Source: a virus (Duplodnaviria > Caudoviricetes). Taken from it: a DNA stretch of 64,000 bases. A program made the translations under genes and the position numbers. A model generated the notes under the pieces. The model was not told the DNA's origin, ran no database searches, and saw only the letters and a program-made list of their open reading frames with translations. This document shows, piece after piece, positions 29,372 through 39,661 of the stretch; within the stretch, counting starts at the first letter, position 1, and every line of letters begins with the position of its first letter. The stretch covers positions 1 to 64,000 of the IMG/VR virus record IMGVR_UViG_2851924183_000002; one strand, written 5' to 3'.

Positions 29372-31513
29372 CTAGCCTTGGCGCTGAGCTAAATATTTAC
29401 TTAGTTCAGCGTCATCTTCTTCTAGTTGCTTAAACTTTTTAGATGTTTGATACATCTTCCAAAAGTTCTGATTTTCTTGTGATAGTTCATCACCTCCATT
29501 TATTTGCTTATCAAGTTCTATCCAGCGTTGAACTGGGCTTAAAGTATTCAGTGGCTCTGCGTTAACACTTGGCTCACTTACTACATCTTTGAAATAAATA
29601 GCTTCTGTCTCTTGTTTCACAGACAAAGCATTCAGTTCTGCCATTAATTGCTCATGCTTATTGGCATTAAAAGGAATCACATTTTGGTTCTCTATATGTT
29701 CAATCACACGTTGCGGATTCACTTCTTGTAAAACCTCATCCTGTTTCAGAGCCAAACGACGTAGGCGACCATCAGCTCGTTTTTGACGTGCTTGTTCCAC
29801 TTTAGTTTGTGGGAAGTAGGCGCGTTTATTGGCATTCCAGTACGCATGGCAAATCAAGCGTCCATCTTCATCACGCACAGTAATGCGGTCAGCATTGTGG
29901 ATGTCATAACCCACGAGTACAGTGTCACCGTGAAATTCTGCAAGCTCTTGACTAAAGTAACGGTTACCAAACAGCTCAATCTCACCACGTCGAACCTTAC
30001 GTTCCTCATAAGGGCGGAACAGGTCTTCAGCGTCCCAATCTTCCACAAGGTCAATCGGTGCTCCCATGTCTAGCGCTTCATTCCATGCCTCTAACGGGCT
30101 TAAATGACGCTTTTTAAAAGTTACTGGGTCAGTAATACGCTTTAGGCTGCTATGCGGTTTATTGTTATAGTTGTTGACGACTTCATCAGCAAAAGCGAGA
30201 AAATCAGTCCAACTAATCAGGCTTTTTGAAACCCCAATTTGTCTAATTTCACTGCGGGTCAGCTTAAACATCTTATTACTAGCTTCTGCATCCATGTCCT
30301 TACCAATGTATGACGGTAATTTCTTGGCAGCTTTAACCCATAAGGTTTGGTGGCTACGTTCTATAAGTCCTTTCGCTTGCGAGTTATAAGGCAGGGCATG
30401 GCTCATTTCAGTATTCAAACGCGCCAATACACCACGACCTTTTGCCCCCATCATTTGGTTCTTATAGCCTGAACCGTTATCCACATAAAAAATGGCTGGA
30501 ATACCACACTCACAAGCACTCATGCGCACTGCATCCAGTACGGCCCAACCACTTTCAGCTAGGTCTATCGACCAACCCACCATGCGACGTGTCGCCACAT
30601 CAATGATTGCTGTAATTTCAGGTCGAAAAGGCTTGCCATGCATCGGGTGTGCAACTTCAGCATCAAAACAGTGACCATCTGCCGTATAAACATCAGTCGG
30701 TAAAAGCTGCTCTGTATCTCGACGGATAAACGGCAGTAAATTTTTCAATTCACGATTGCCCATACGTCCGCGCTGTGCTTCTACATTGCCCATTTTTTCT
30801 TTAATAAAGCGATAAGCCTGGTTGTAAGTAGGGCAAGTCACGCCTTCTTTTAGGTAGTTTGGAAGCAATTCCAACACCGCTGGCAAAGTCGGCTTCTGTG
30901 GTTGAGCATAAAGTTTGAGTAAATCCATTGCCCAATCAGGTACATCTGACTGACGTGCTTTCGGTGCAAGCACACTCATCACATTAATCTTATGGGTCTC
31001 GGCATCTTCAACTGCTTTAATCCAATCGAACACGCTACGACGGCTTACTGTACGATCTGCACCAGCCTTAGCATTTGCTTTGCTCACAGCATCCTGCATT
31101 TCAGCAGGTAATGTTTGAGCTTCAGCATCAGCAATAAACTTCTCAATTGCTGGAGTCTTTTTCGTACCTTGTTTAATTTGCTGTTGGATATAACGCACAA
31201 CAAATAAACGGTTTTCAGCCACTTCACGTTGCCAATTCAATAAAGTAGTTGGTTCCTGAAGTTCAACTTGAGTACTTAATTCGGTACTTTTTTCAGTAAC
31301 AATGAGTTCGCTTTTAATCTCACCAATAGAAATTAAAGTTCTTAATTCGCTACTAATTTCGTATTCCTTTCGGATTCCGCCTTTTCCTCTGCTTGGAACT
31401 TCTCTATACTTCCAATTATTAGCTTTAACTAGATATTCCCAACCTCTTCGCGTGGTTGGGCAACCATCTAGGTTTAACGCTAATAGATCAGCAATGCTGT
31501 AATGCGTTTTCAT
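29372..31513 (-). CDS. MuA-like DDE transposase
   Basis: N-terminal Mu DNA-binding domain; YTADGH, YVDNGSG, AKGLIER. Confidence 0.95.
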   Translation of the reverse strand: MKTHYSIADLLALNLDGCPTTRRGWEYLVKANNWKYREVPSRGKGGIRKEYEISSELRTLISIGEIKSELIVTEKSTELSTQVELQEPTTLLNWQREVAENRLFVVRYIQQQIKQGTKKTPAIEKFIADAEAQTLPAEMQDAVSKANAKAGADRTVSRRSVFDWIKAVEDAETHKINVMSVLAPKARQSDVPDWAMDLLKLYAQPQKPTLPAVLELLPNYLKEGVTCPTYNQAYRFIKEKMGNVEAQRGRMGNRELKNLLPFIRRDTEQLLPTDVYTADGHCFDAEVAHPMHGKPFRPEITAIIDVATRRMVGWSIDLAESGWAVLDAVRMSACECGIPAIFYVDNGSGYKNQMMGAKGRGVLARLNTEMSHALPYNSQAKGLIERSHQTLWVKAAKKLPSYIGKDMDAEASNKMFKLTRSEIRQIGVSKSLISWTDFLAFADEVVNNYNNKPHSSLKRITDPVTFKKRHLSPLEAWNEALDMGAPIDLVEDWDAEDLFRPYEERKVRRGEIELFGNRYFSQELAEFHGDTVLVGYDIHNADRITVRDEDGRLICHAYWNANKRAYFPQTKVEQARQKRADGRLRRLALKQDEVLQEVNPQRVIEHIENQNVIPFNANKHEQLMAELNALSVKQETEAIYFKDVVSEPSVNAEPLNTLSPVQRWIELDKQINGGDELSQENQNFWKMYQTSKKFKQLEEDDAELSKYLAQRQG

Positions 31514-31782
31514 AAAGCACATTCCTTGTTGCTGTAACGTGGGTATATACGTTTGTTATCAATCGTCCAACGGTCTGGAAATAGCTCGTGCAAAGGTTTT
31601 CCCAGAAAGTTAGAGATAACAATCTCGCCCTTTTTGCTTGGGTGATACAGTGCATTACGAACTGTCCTGTCAGACATTCCGTAATCTTTTGCAAGCTGAG
31701 TAACGCTCTTTCCACGACGTTTAATCTCAGCTTCAATACTGTATCTATCCCATTGTTCTGTGGGGTTTTGCTCTAATCCCAT
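31510..31782 (-). CDS. ner: Ner-like transcriptional regulator
   Basis: IEAEIKRRGKSVTQLA...LFPDRW; GGAG SD. Confidence 0.88.
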   Translation of the reverse strand: MGLEQNPTEQWDRYSIEAEIKRRGKSVTQLAKDYGMSDRTVRNALYHPSKKGEIVISNFLGKPLHELFPDRWTIDNKRIYPRYSNKECAL

Positions 31783-31854
31783 GTGAACTCCTTGCCTTTT
31801 TAGGCATTTTTTTAACTCGCTAGATTGGGTAATTACCCTTTCTAAACAAAAGAT

Positions 31855-31903
31855 ACTTCGTAAAAACTTCGTAGTCAACACTTCGTAATTCAAATTACGA
31901 AGT
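31855..31903. promoter_or_regulatory. Operator cluster between repressor and ner
   Basis: ACTTCGTA at 31855, 31866, 31880 and inverted at 31896. Confidence 0.7.
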
Positions 31904-31925
31904 ATTTTTTGAAGGATATTTCTAA

Positions 31926-32840
31926 ATGATTGATAAAAAACAGAATAAAGAATTTCGTAATTTTGATTTTGGAACTGTCCATACTTCGCAATTCAAGGAG
32001 TTTAATTGCGAAGACGAATTAACACCTATTCAGGCTCGTATGTATTTTTTGATGATCAACAGTTCTATGCCTAGAAGTCCTGATGAGTCTTTATATGGTT
32101 GGTGCGGGCGTATAGGCTTATCAAATTCAACAATTTTTGGAATTTTTAAAAAGAATAATAAAAATATGCACTTATCCGTTGCACAGAAAATTTCTGAAGC
32201 CACTGGTGCAAATATTGATTGGGTACAGAAGGGAATTGGGGAGCCGTTTGAGCAACAAGAAACTAAGCTGCTCGAAGAAATCAAACCGCTAGATACAGTT
32301 TCACGAGATCACCACGATGATGGTGTTGAAATAGGAAAACTTACTAAGAAAAATGACTACATTAATAGCGAAGGTATGAGCCTACACTATTTACGAGAAG
32401 CCGTTCGAATTCATAGAGATATCTGTAGCTCGGCTCGTTCTTCTGAACGAGGCGAATTTGAAAATGGAGAAATGTTTTTACATATATATGAATATTTAGT
32501 GGGTAAAACTGAAAATAGGTTGCGTTATCCAATAGAGATTGCATTTGTTATTGTAGAAAAGGCTTTAAAGAACATCTCAGATGATAAGACTAGGCTGTCA
32601 AATAGGTGGATGGCAATGATCATATCTAGTGTTGCAGAATCTCTTCCGCATAAAATCTCTGTTTTTTCAAATAGATTTTCTAGCTATGACAATAGAAGTC
32701 ATCATTTTTATATGGATATTCACGAGACAAGAAATTTTATTCGTAATGAATGGAGTGATGAGTTATTTCAGTATGAAGTAATCAATAACTTAATAGAAGA
32801 AACATTGAACTATTATGAATATCTCACTAATGAAAGATAA
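31926..32840 (+). CDS. Mu-like repressor (HTH) with uncharacterised C-terminus; start uncertain
   Basis: Divergent from ner; KISEATGANIDWVQKGIGEP. Confidence 0.75.
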   Translation: MIDKKQNKEFRNFDFGTVHTSQFKEFNCEDELTPIQARMYFLMINSSMPRSPDESLYGWCGRIGLSNSTIFGIFKKNNKNMHLSVAQKISEATGANIDWVQKGIGEPFEQQETKLLEEIKPLDTVSRDHHDDGVEIGKLTKKNDYINSEGMSLHYLREAVRIHRDICSSARSSERGEFENGEMFLHIYEYLVGKTENRLRYPIEIAFVIVEKALKNISDDKTRLSNRWMAMIISSVAESLPHKISVFSNRFSSYDNRSHHFYMDIHETRNFIRNEWSDELFQYEVINNLIEETLNYYEYLTNER

Positions 32841-32842
32841 TT

Positions 32843-33044
32843 AGTGCAAAATGAAAACTAAAAAAAAGACTAATCCAAAGAAATCCTAAAATTCAGTGCA
32901 AAATAAAGGGCAAATCAAGTTAATCCTGGTTTGCCCTTAAAAAATCTTCAAATGCTTGTCAGCTCTAGCTTTCATCCCACATCATCTCAGAACTTCCCGA
33001 ATCTTCCCATATCAGTCCAGTGCAGAATCAATTAATAACTCACA
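32843..33044. repeat. Mu-like left end with three transposase-binding repeats
   Basis: AGTGCAAAATGAAA (32843), AGTGCAAAATAAA (32895), AGTGCAGAATCAA (33019); terminal CA. Confidence 0.75.
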
Positions 33045-33074
33045 CTTCCCCAGAAATGCACCAAGATTTCCCCA

Positions 33075-34100
33075 ATGAAAATCCCAAAGCCCGTAAAAAG
33101 AGGCGATGTTTACCGTATTCAAATCCAAATTGATGGAAAAAGAATCTCCTGTACCCGTGACACTATTAAAGAATGTGAGCATTGGGCTGCGACAAAATTT
33201 TTAGAGTCAAAAATTGCTACGAAAGAAGTAGAGCAAGGGATAAAGCCTAAATTTACCTTTAGAGAGTTGGTCGATCATTATTATGAGCACGTTGGCCAGT
33301 TTAGGGAGTCCAAGAGTTCAAGGAATTGGATTAAAGGACAGGTTAGTACCTTTGATGAGAAATTTGGCTTTCTGTCTGGTACATCGGTACATGATATTTC
33401 TCCCAAGCAATTAACCAACTGGCGTAATCGACGTTTGACTCAAGTTGGGGCAAATACTGTTTTAAAAGAGATCTCTTTTTATAGCGCAATTTTTACCTAT
33501 GCTCAGAAAGAGCTATTTCTACTCGATGACAATCAATGGATGCTCATTACCAAGCCGAAGAAACCTAAGGCCAGATCTCGACGGATCCATCCGTCTGAAG
33601 TTGCACTGGTGCTGAAAGCACTAGATTATGAAGTCGGTGATACACCGGTTTTACCGCAGCACTATGTTGCTTGGGGTTTCTTATTTGCCTTAGAAACTGC
33701 CTTACGTCGTGGTGAGCTGATTTCACTAGAAAAGAAGGATGTGCATGAACGTCATATTCATCTGCCTAAAACAAAAAATGGTGAACCGCGCAATGTACCT
33801 TTGTCTGAAGAAGCCAGGGCACTACTCGATTTAATTAAACATGATGGAAAGAAAGTTATTCCACAGACTGAAAATGCCTTTCGGTTGATGTGGGAAAAGA
33901 GAAAAGCAGCGATTGGTCTGAATGGTTTGCACTTTCATGATACGCGCCATGAGGCGATTACGCGTATGGTACGGGTGCGTAAATTGCCAGTAGAGATTTT
34001 AGCGAAAATTACTGGCCATAAGAAAATTGAAGTCTTGGTAAATACTTACTACAACCCAAATGCTGAAGATTTGGTGGAAGCATTTAATCGAGAAAATTAA
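33075..34100 (+). CDS. int: Tyrosine integrase
   Basis: ETALRRGE, KTKNG, HFHDTRH, ITGH, catalytic Y in NTYY. Confidence 0.95.
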   Translation: MKIPKPVKRGDVYRIQIQIDGKRISCTRDTIKECEHWAATKFLESKIATKEVEQGIKPKFTFRELVDHYYEHVGQFRESKSSRNWIKGQVSTFDEKFGFLSGTSVHDISPKQLTNWRNRRLTQVGANTVLKEISFYSAIFTYAQKELFLLDDNQWMLITKPKKPKARSRRIHPSEVALVLKALDYEVGDTPVLPQHYVAWGFLFALETALRRGELISLEKKDVHERHIHLPKTKNGEPRNVPLSEEARALLDLIKHDGKKVIPQTENAFRLMWEKRKAAIGLNGLHFHDTRHEAITRMVRVRKLPVEILAKITGHKKIEVLVNTYYNPNAEDLVEAFNREN

Positions 34101-34123
34101 ACCCGCACAAGGCGGGTATTTTT
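34101..34123 (+). terminator. Terminator between convergent int and xis-like genes
   Basis: ACCCGC-ACAAG-GCGGGT followed by a T tract. Confidence 0.65.
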
Positions 34124-34134
34124 AATTCTTTTAC

Positions 34135-34413
34135 TTAGTTTTTTCTACGGTTATGGGTGCGTGTGTTCTTGGTGAGCATGGCATCTGCCATTTCTGGATC
34201 GTATAAATGTTTCCCACAAGTTCCCTGGTTAATAGTGGCCAGTTTGGTTCTAACGGTCGTGTTAGATAAACCATACTTTTTAGCAAGTTCTGATGCCGAC
34301 ACGAGTTTACGTTTACCCAAATTTAATGCAGTCACTTTGCCACCAAAAAGCTTTTGCCCCAATAAAATTTCAGGTGCTCGGTCGGCTTCAACCGTAATCA
34401 CATACTCAGCCAT
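34135..34413 (-). CDS. Excisionase-like HTH protein
   Basis: SASELAKKYGLSNTTVR; convergent with int. Confidence 0.6.
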   Translation of the reverse strand: MAEYVITVEADRAPEILLGQKLFGGKVTALNLGKRKLVSASELAKKYGLSNTTVRTKLATINQGTCGKHLYDPEMADAMLTKNTRTHNRRKN

Positions 34414-34488
34414 TTATGCCTCCCTGTTTTTCTATTGCGTGAAATTGTGCATGAGTTAAGTCTATAGATTTACTGTTGTTTTGTATTT

Positions 34489-37123
34489 TCATGAGTTTGG
34501 GCTTCCTGAAATGGCAGGATTTTGGAATATCCAACAACGAACGGTATGTTCGCGTAAGGTTTTGTCCTCCAGGGCATTCTTAACTTCATCTGCTGGATAA
34601 CGGTGGCTTTTAACTACTCGGCTCTTGTCGACAAATTTATAGCGTCGGCTGGCGGTTAAAAGATTCTTCATTTCTTTAATGTCTGGGAGCTGCTGATAGT
34701 TCTTCGCAGCGACTTTGTAGACTTCGTTCAAGTTGATGGCAATTTGATGTGCGTCATGGTCAAAATGGTTAATAGAAAACTCGGTAGACCGGCTTGAATT
34801 GAGGTATTCGTAAACGTCCCAAAATTGCTCCACCAATGGATGGTCACCATTGAGCTGTTTCACACGTTCATGCGCCATATCGAGTAGCATGTCTTGGGCT
34901 GCACAGACTTCTTCAAGGTCAATGACGTCATGCAAAATGTGTTTGGCCACAGCATCTATGAGTGCCGAAACCTGTGCATGGCAAAGGGCAATACGTGTAT
35001 GGGTAATGCCATTGTTATGAAACTCTTTTTCGGTTTGCTCTAGTTTTTCGGCATAGGTTTTAAGAAAGGCGTCCTCATGACGGAGGCAATGGGTCATGTA
35101 GGTGCAAAGTACGTGTCAGAATTGCTTCAGATGCCTGAATAGCGGTGTTTTGGCTAATCATGATTGCACCACGAAACGGAGGCTCATAGGTCTCATTTCC
35201 TGCGGTTTTTAAGCCTTTTGAGCGAATTGCACGGCCGTTATAGGCGTCTTTTAATTCATCCCATGAAAACTTAGGCTTACCCACAGAATTACCGTTTTGG
35301 TCGTTACGGTCGCCCTCAATGAGTACGACAGGTAAGTTTGAGATTTGAGCAAAGTTACGATACACCGCAACATTGGTCGATTTGTTTGCATCGAAACCTT
35401 CATAGTCTGGTCGACCTGAAAGTTTCCACATAAATTCGATTAAACGTGACTTACCTGCACCCGCTTCACCGACGATTTCTATAAAGGGGAAAGAGCTGTG
35501 CATAGTGCGGATTTGCTCGGCAAAATATGAGCCTGTCCACCATGCTAAAGCGACCAGACCTTTGGCACCACGCACGCGGTAGAAGTCTTTCCACCATGTC
35601 GGTTTAAATGTGGACTTTGGGTTTAACTGAACATTTGGACTGTTGGCCAAGGTTTTTAATTCGATACGTCCGACTTTGTAGAAGTCATGGTCATTTATGT
35701 CGATGACATGTCCTTTATAAACCGCGTGTTTGTTGAAAATATAGGCCTGATATTCTTTGCTGTAGCCAATAAAGTCGATGGTTTTAACTTCACGTAAACG
35801 CTCGGTTTGATTTTTCATGAAGGTGAGTAGTTGATGGTCATTCCCCGTCCACCATGCACCTACCTGGACCGACAATAAACGCGGGGCAAACTTACCCCGT
35901 GCGGAAATTTGGTCTGCGGTAAAGGTCGCTTTGGCCTCGCTCTCCGGGTTTAAAATTTGGAAGTAGTACCAGGACTCATCGGTTATTTCATTCCGCTGAA
36001 AATACAGAGGGTTGAGCTGTCGATTACAGATTTCGGAAACCGCAGCACACTGCTGGAGTGCGAGCTCTCGTTTTTGGTTATCGAGAAGTAAATCGCGCTC
36101 TGGATCTGCCTCGATGCGTTCCAGTTCTTTAGTGTATTTGTCCATGTCGAGATTAAACCAGTACAAGCGGAAGTTATGAATAAACCAAAAGGTTTTTCTA
36201 CGAGCATCTTTATAGTTATAGATGAGTAGACCTGCTTGCTCAGGTGATTCAGCTATGTGCAGTTCGCCATAATGTTTGTACTGGTCACGGTATTCGGAGT
36301 GCAGTTGGTCGCGTTGGTAGAGGTCGTTCCAGTCTAACTGACCAGATGGCAGGGCTGCGGTGGAGTTCCACTTTTCCTGTAATGCACGGAGGTGAAACTT
36401 CTTAATGGCTTTTTTGCCCGCTTTGTCGTTATCAAAAGCCCAACGTAGGCGCGGTCGGTCTTTTTTAAGTTCGATACAACGGTCGGTAATTTGCTTGAGA
36501 ATGAGGCTTGGATAGTTTGAGGTCGAAAGCGTAGCAATACTTGGTTGTTTGCTAAAACTCAGGGCAATTGCGTTAAAAATACCTTCTGTAATCCAAATAG
36601 ACTGTGCATTACACAGGGTGTCGAGCTGTTCTAACGTCCATGCATGTCCTTCGTACTTACCAATAAAGTTTGCTTTTTGACGTCCGAAGCGCTCTGGACG
36701 GTCGATAAAGCGTTCCCAATAAATACCACTTGCCAGTTTAAAGCGAATGGTTGCGGTGACTTCGTTTGGGTATTTGAGGTCGTTTCTAAAGAGTTCCTGC
36801 GTGTACAGACCTTTGAGCATGTTTGGGTCGAAACCACGGGCATGGAGTAGGTAGGCATCTGCTGCGGCATTTGGATTTTCTTTGGTACGCGGAAAGTCTT
36901 TTGACCAGTCTTTAAAAAGGTCTTCGCAGATTTCTTTGACGTGTTCTTCATATCCGCATTTGTTTAAGCGGGCGCACTTGACCACACGCGGGTTGACTGC
37001 ATGTGTGTAGAGTTCTTTTTTACCGCAGTTCGGGCAGATGCCTTGACGATACCATTCTCCAACGCGTTTAAAGCTGAAGAGCTGATTCAGTTTTTCGTCT
37101 ATGAGAACGTGAATATTTGACAT
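34489..37123 (-). pseudogene. Zn-finger/toprim primase-helicase, split by a frameshifting lesion near 35100
   Basis: CPNC zinc finger, ITEGIFNA/FDND toprim, GEAGAGKS Walker A; continues in another frame as 34489..35097. Confidence 0.8.
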
Positions 37124-37215
37124 TTAGACCCACTAAAATTTAACGGCTTAACTGTTTGAGTTTGTGTATTTTTTTGCATTTTTGTAGCAATGCGATGTTT
37201 ATTAAAATGCTTTCA

Positions 37216-37407
37216 TTACAATTGCGCATCGCTTGGAGGGTCTTGTAGTTCGGGATGATGTTTCACCATAAAGTCACGGATATAGATGGCAATTTTGGTG
37301 TCATTTTCGAATGCAATTTTCTTGAGGGCTTTTAACTGTTTTTTCGTCCAACGCACTTGGGTTAGTTCGGTGTGTTTTGGTTTTGTTTGAATGTTTGTTG
37401 AAGTCAT
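37216..37407 (-). CDS. Cro/Cox-like small DNA-binding protein
   Basis: Divergent from the XRE repressor; RHH-like sequence. Confidence 0.65.
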   Translation of the reverse strand: MTSTNIQTKPKHTELTQVRWTKKQLKALKKIAFENDTKIAIYIRDFMVKHHPELQDPPSDAQL

Positions 37408-37499
37408 GCGAAAATCACCATAAATCGTACTTAGATACTTAGTGTTTCTAAATTTAGTACTATTTATGATGCTTTATAAGTGCTTTTTTAGGAAAAAGT

Positions 37500-37841
37500 A
37501 TGAAAAATGATGATTTAAATACTCGCGGTACACGTTTGCGAGATGAACGGAAGCGTTTGGGGATACAAACTCAAGAAGAACTTGCGGAAATACTTGGGGT
37601 AAAAAAGAACTCTATTGGACGTTTTGAGAAGCACAATGAGCCGCTGAATACTGACTATTTAGACAAGCTCGAAGCTCACGGGTTTAATATTCATTTTATT
37701 TTATGGGGTGAACAACCTGTAAAAAGTGGGGAGCTCTCTGAGGCTGAAGTAAAGCTAATAGAGCTGTACCGTCAGACGCGTGAAGAAATGCGTGGGGGAT
37801 TAGTTTCACTTATTGAAACTTATGCGAATCAATTTAAATAA
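37500..37841 (+). CDS. XRE-family immunity repressor
   Basis: RLRDERKRLG.TQEELAEILGV HTH. Confidence 0.9.
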   Translation: MKNDDLNTRGTRLRDERKRLGIQTQEELAEILGVKKNSIGRFEKHNEPLNTDYLDKLEAHGFNIHFILWGEQPVKSGELSEAEVKLIELYRQTREEMRGGLVSLIETYANQFK

Positions 37842-37861
37842 TTTTTAAATCACTAATAAAT

Positions 37862-38800
37862 ATGTCAATAATTTTACAAGTATCTGCGTGGGTAATTTTA
37901 GCAGTTGGTTTTTTTGCACTGGGTCATAAGTTTTTTCCAAATTTAAAAAATTGGTTTACTACAGGAAAAGTTAGCTATGTTTGGTTAATTTCAATCACTT
38001 TAGGTTTGTTTGTATTGCTGACATATCCAATTTTTTTCAATTGGTGGGCAGTAAATTTCTGGAATGTTCCTGAAAATGAACTTACAGATTTTACTAAATT
38101 AGGACCACTTGGTGATATTTATGGAAGTTTGAATACAATAGTTTCATCTATTGCATTATGTGCAATTGCATTCACTACTTATCTTCAAGTTATTTCCTTA
38201 AAGGAAACAAGAAAAATTACTACTGAGCAAATGGATGAATCTAGAAATGCAATTTTTGCGACTAAATTTTATGCATTACTTAACTACAAAGATGAGAAGT
38301 TAAAAACACTAAGTGTAAAGAGAGATGGGATTGAATATTTTGGATGTCAAATTTTTGATTTTTATTTTTGTTACTTTGATAACCTCTTTAAAAAAGAGTG
38401 GAAGGAATTAACTACATATATTGAGCAGGATATATATTCCCACATAAGAAAGTGTGATTTAGAAGTAAACGATGGAAAAGAATTTTCTGATTGGTATGCA
38501 CATTTTTTACAAATAGCTAATTTAATTGATTTTATTAATACAAGCGATTTAACAGAGAAAGATAAAGACTTTTATTTTAATGTATTACGCTCGTCAATGA
38601 CGATGAGAGAGCAAATAACTTTATTTTGGATTGCACCTGTAACACCTCAAGTTTACGCTAAGTTAAAAAATGGCAGAATATTTAATCTATTTTTTAACAA
38701 AAAACTCGTTCACTATGGAATACAGTTTTACCAAGATAAAAATTTTGAATCTTTTAATTGGCAAAAAGTATTCGATGAAAAAAAAGAAACCCTAGCCTAA
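37862..38800 (+). CDS. Putative abortive-infection membrane protein (putAbiC-like)
   Basis: TM segments then GPLGDIYGSLN...YLQ...KFYALL pattern; low GC. Confidence 0.65.
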   Translation: MSIILQVSAWVILAVGFFALGHKFFPNLKNWFTTGKVSYVWLISITLGLFVLLTYPIFFNWWAVNFWNVPENELTDFTKLGPLGDIYGSLNTIVSSIALCAIAFTTYLQVISLKETRKITTEQMDESRNAIFATKFYALLNYKDEKLKTLSVKRDGIEYFGCQIFDFYFCYFDNLFKKEWKELTTYIEQDIYSHIRKCDLEVNDGKEFSDWYAHFLQIANLIDFINTSDLTEKDKDFYFNVLRSSMTMREQITLFWIAPVTPQVYAKLKNGRIFNLFFNKKLVHYGIQFYQDKNFESFNWQKVFDEKKETLA

Positions 38801-38811
38801 GCTAGGGTTTT
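38787..38811. terminator. Bidirectional terminator
   Basis: AAACCCTAGC-CTAA-GCTAGGGTTT. Confidence 0.8.
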
Positions 38812-38813
38812 CC

Positions 38814-39029
38814 TCATTTATTCTTTACCGCCTTTGAGATTTGGGCGACTTGATAGTGAAGTGTGTTGAATAGAGCCGTTAATTCTTCACCCGTGAGTGG
38901 GTGGTCTAAATGCATTTTTGTGAGTGCGGAAAGCATTAGTTCTAAGTTTTCAATTGGGAATTTAACTTCTTCCAGTATTTGTTCGGCAGTCATGTCTTTA
39001 TGGCTGTTAATTTCTATTGTTGAGTGCAT
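38814..39029 (-). CDS. Hypothetical protein
   Basis: GGGGAG SD; 71 aa. Confidence 0.7.
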   Translation of the reverse strand: MHSTIEINSHKDMTAEQILEEVKFPIENLELMLSALTKMHLDHPLTGEELTALFNTLHYQVAQISKAVKNK

Positions 39030-39201
39030 TGCTCCCCCTGTCTATTGATCATGGGTATATTTTCTAAAATATCTTTAACAAAATATAGGGTAGTGCGACT
39101 TTCAGTGTCGCACTACTTACTGATTTTATGACGTTTTTAGTACGACTTTAGGCGAAGCCTTGAGCTTGGTTTAGTCGTGTTTTGGGTGGGTACACTCATG
39201 A

Positions 39202-39396
39202 TCAGCTCCCCATAAATAAAATAGAAAAGGTCATGACAGCCATGCTTAGAAATACTGTGGCATCGACAAAGTTTTTGAGGAGTTTTTGCTGTTTGAGTTT
39301 TCTTTGACGCTCGAGATATGCCTCTAGGTCATAGATAGGGGAATGTTCTTTTACTTTTTTTGAAGTGTGCGAATGCATTGAAGCGAATGTTTTCAT
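39202..39396 (-). CDS. Small protein with C-terminal TM under c4/CI-type antisense control (icd/kil position)
   Basis: ATG at 39396 with an AGGA SD overlapping the b2 target. Confidence 0.65.
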   Translation of the reverse strand: MKTFASMHSHTSKKVKEHSPIYDLEAYLERQRKLKQQKLLKNFVDATVFLSMAVMTFSILFMGS

Positions 39397-39451
39397 TGGC
39401 TTGTTCCTGTTAGTCAAGTTTTAAACCTGACACCAACACTTTCCACGGTAT

Positions 39452-39530
39452 TGGTGACAGACTGAATAGGGGTGGAAATACCGTACTAACAGGTAACGGC
39501 CAGCCGAAGCTGCCCTATCCAGCCTGCCAT
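39452..39530 (-). ncRNA. c4/CI-type antisense RNA
   Basis: 17-bp closing stem, UUCG hairpin, CCUGUUAGU and UUUCCAC segments complementary to duplicated targets up- and downstream. Confidence 0.88.
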
Positions 39531-39644
39531 AAAAGGCACAGCCGAATTTTACGCAAAAAAATAGCCGCATGGGCGGACTTTTTACGCCTGTTAGTGTTTT
39601 TAGGTTTCCACGCCTAACCACAGATTTTGCTGTGGTAAATTTAG

Positions 39645-39661
39645 AGTAGCTTAGATACTAT
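39645..39661. promoter_or_regulatory. Imperfect palindromic operator-like repeat AGTAGCTTAGATACTAT
   Basis: Within leftward promoter TTGACG-18-TACTCT; exact copy at 43056-43072. Confidence 0.6.

Larger units (their letters stand above)
1..33044 (-). mobile_element. Mu-like transposable prophage (right end beyond the window's left edge)
   Basis: Mu gene order c-ner-A-B...gemA-mor-lysis-terminase-portal-F-G-I-T-tail-baseplate-fibre; terminal ...CACA at 33041-33044 preceded by three AGTGCA(A/G)AAT repeats. Confidence 0.95.

Noticed and set aside
39090-39116. Hairpin GTAGTGCGAC/GTCGCACTAC as a separate ncRNA
   Set aside because: A single stem without promoter or other support; possibly part of the c4-controlled transcript.
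39421-39621. 66-aa ORF over the c4-like region
   Set aside because: Overlaps the structured RNA and its targets, has a weak start; probably incidental.
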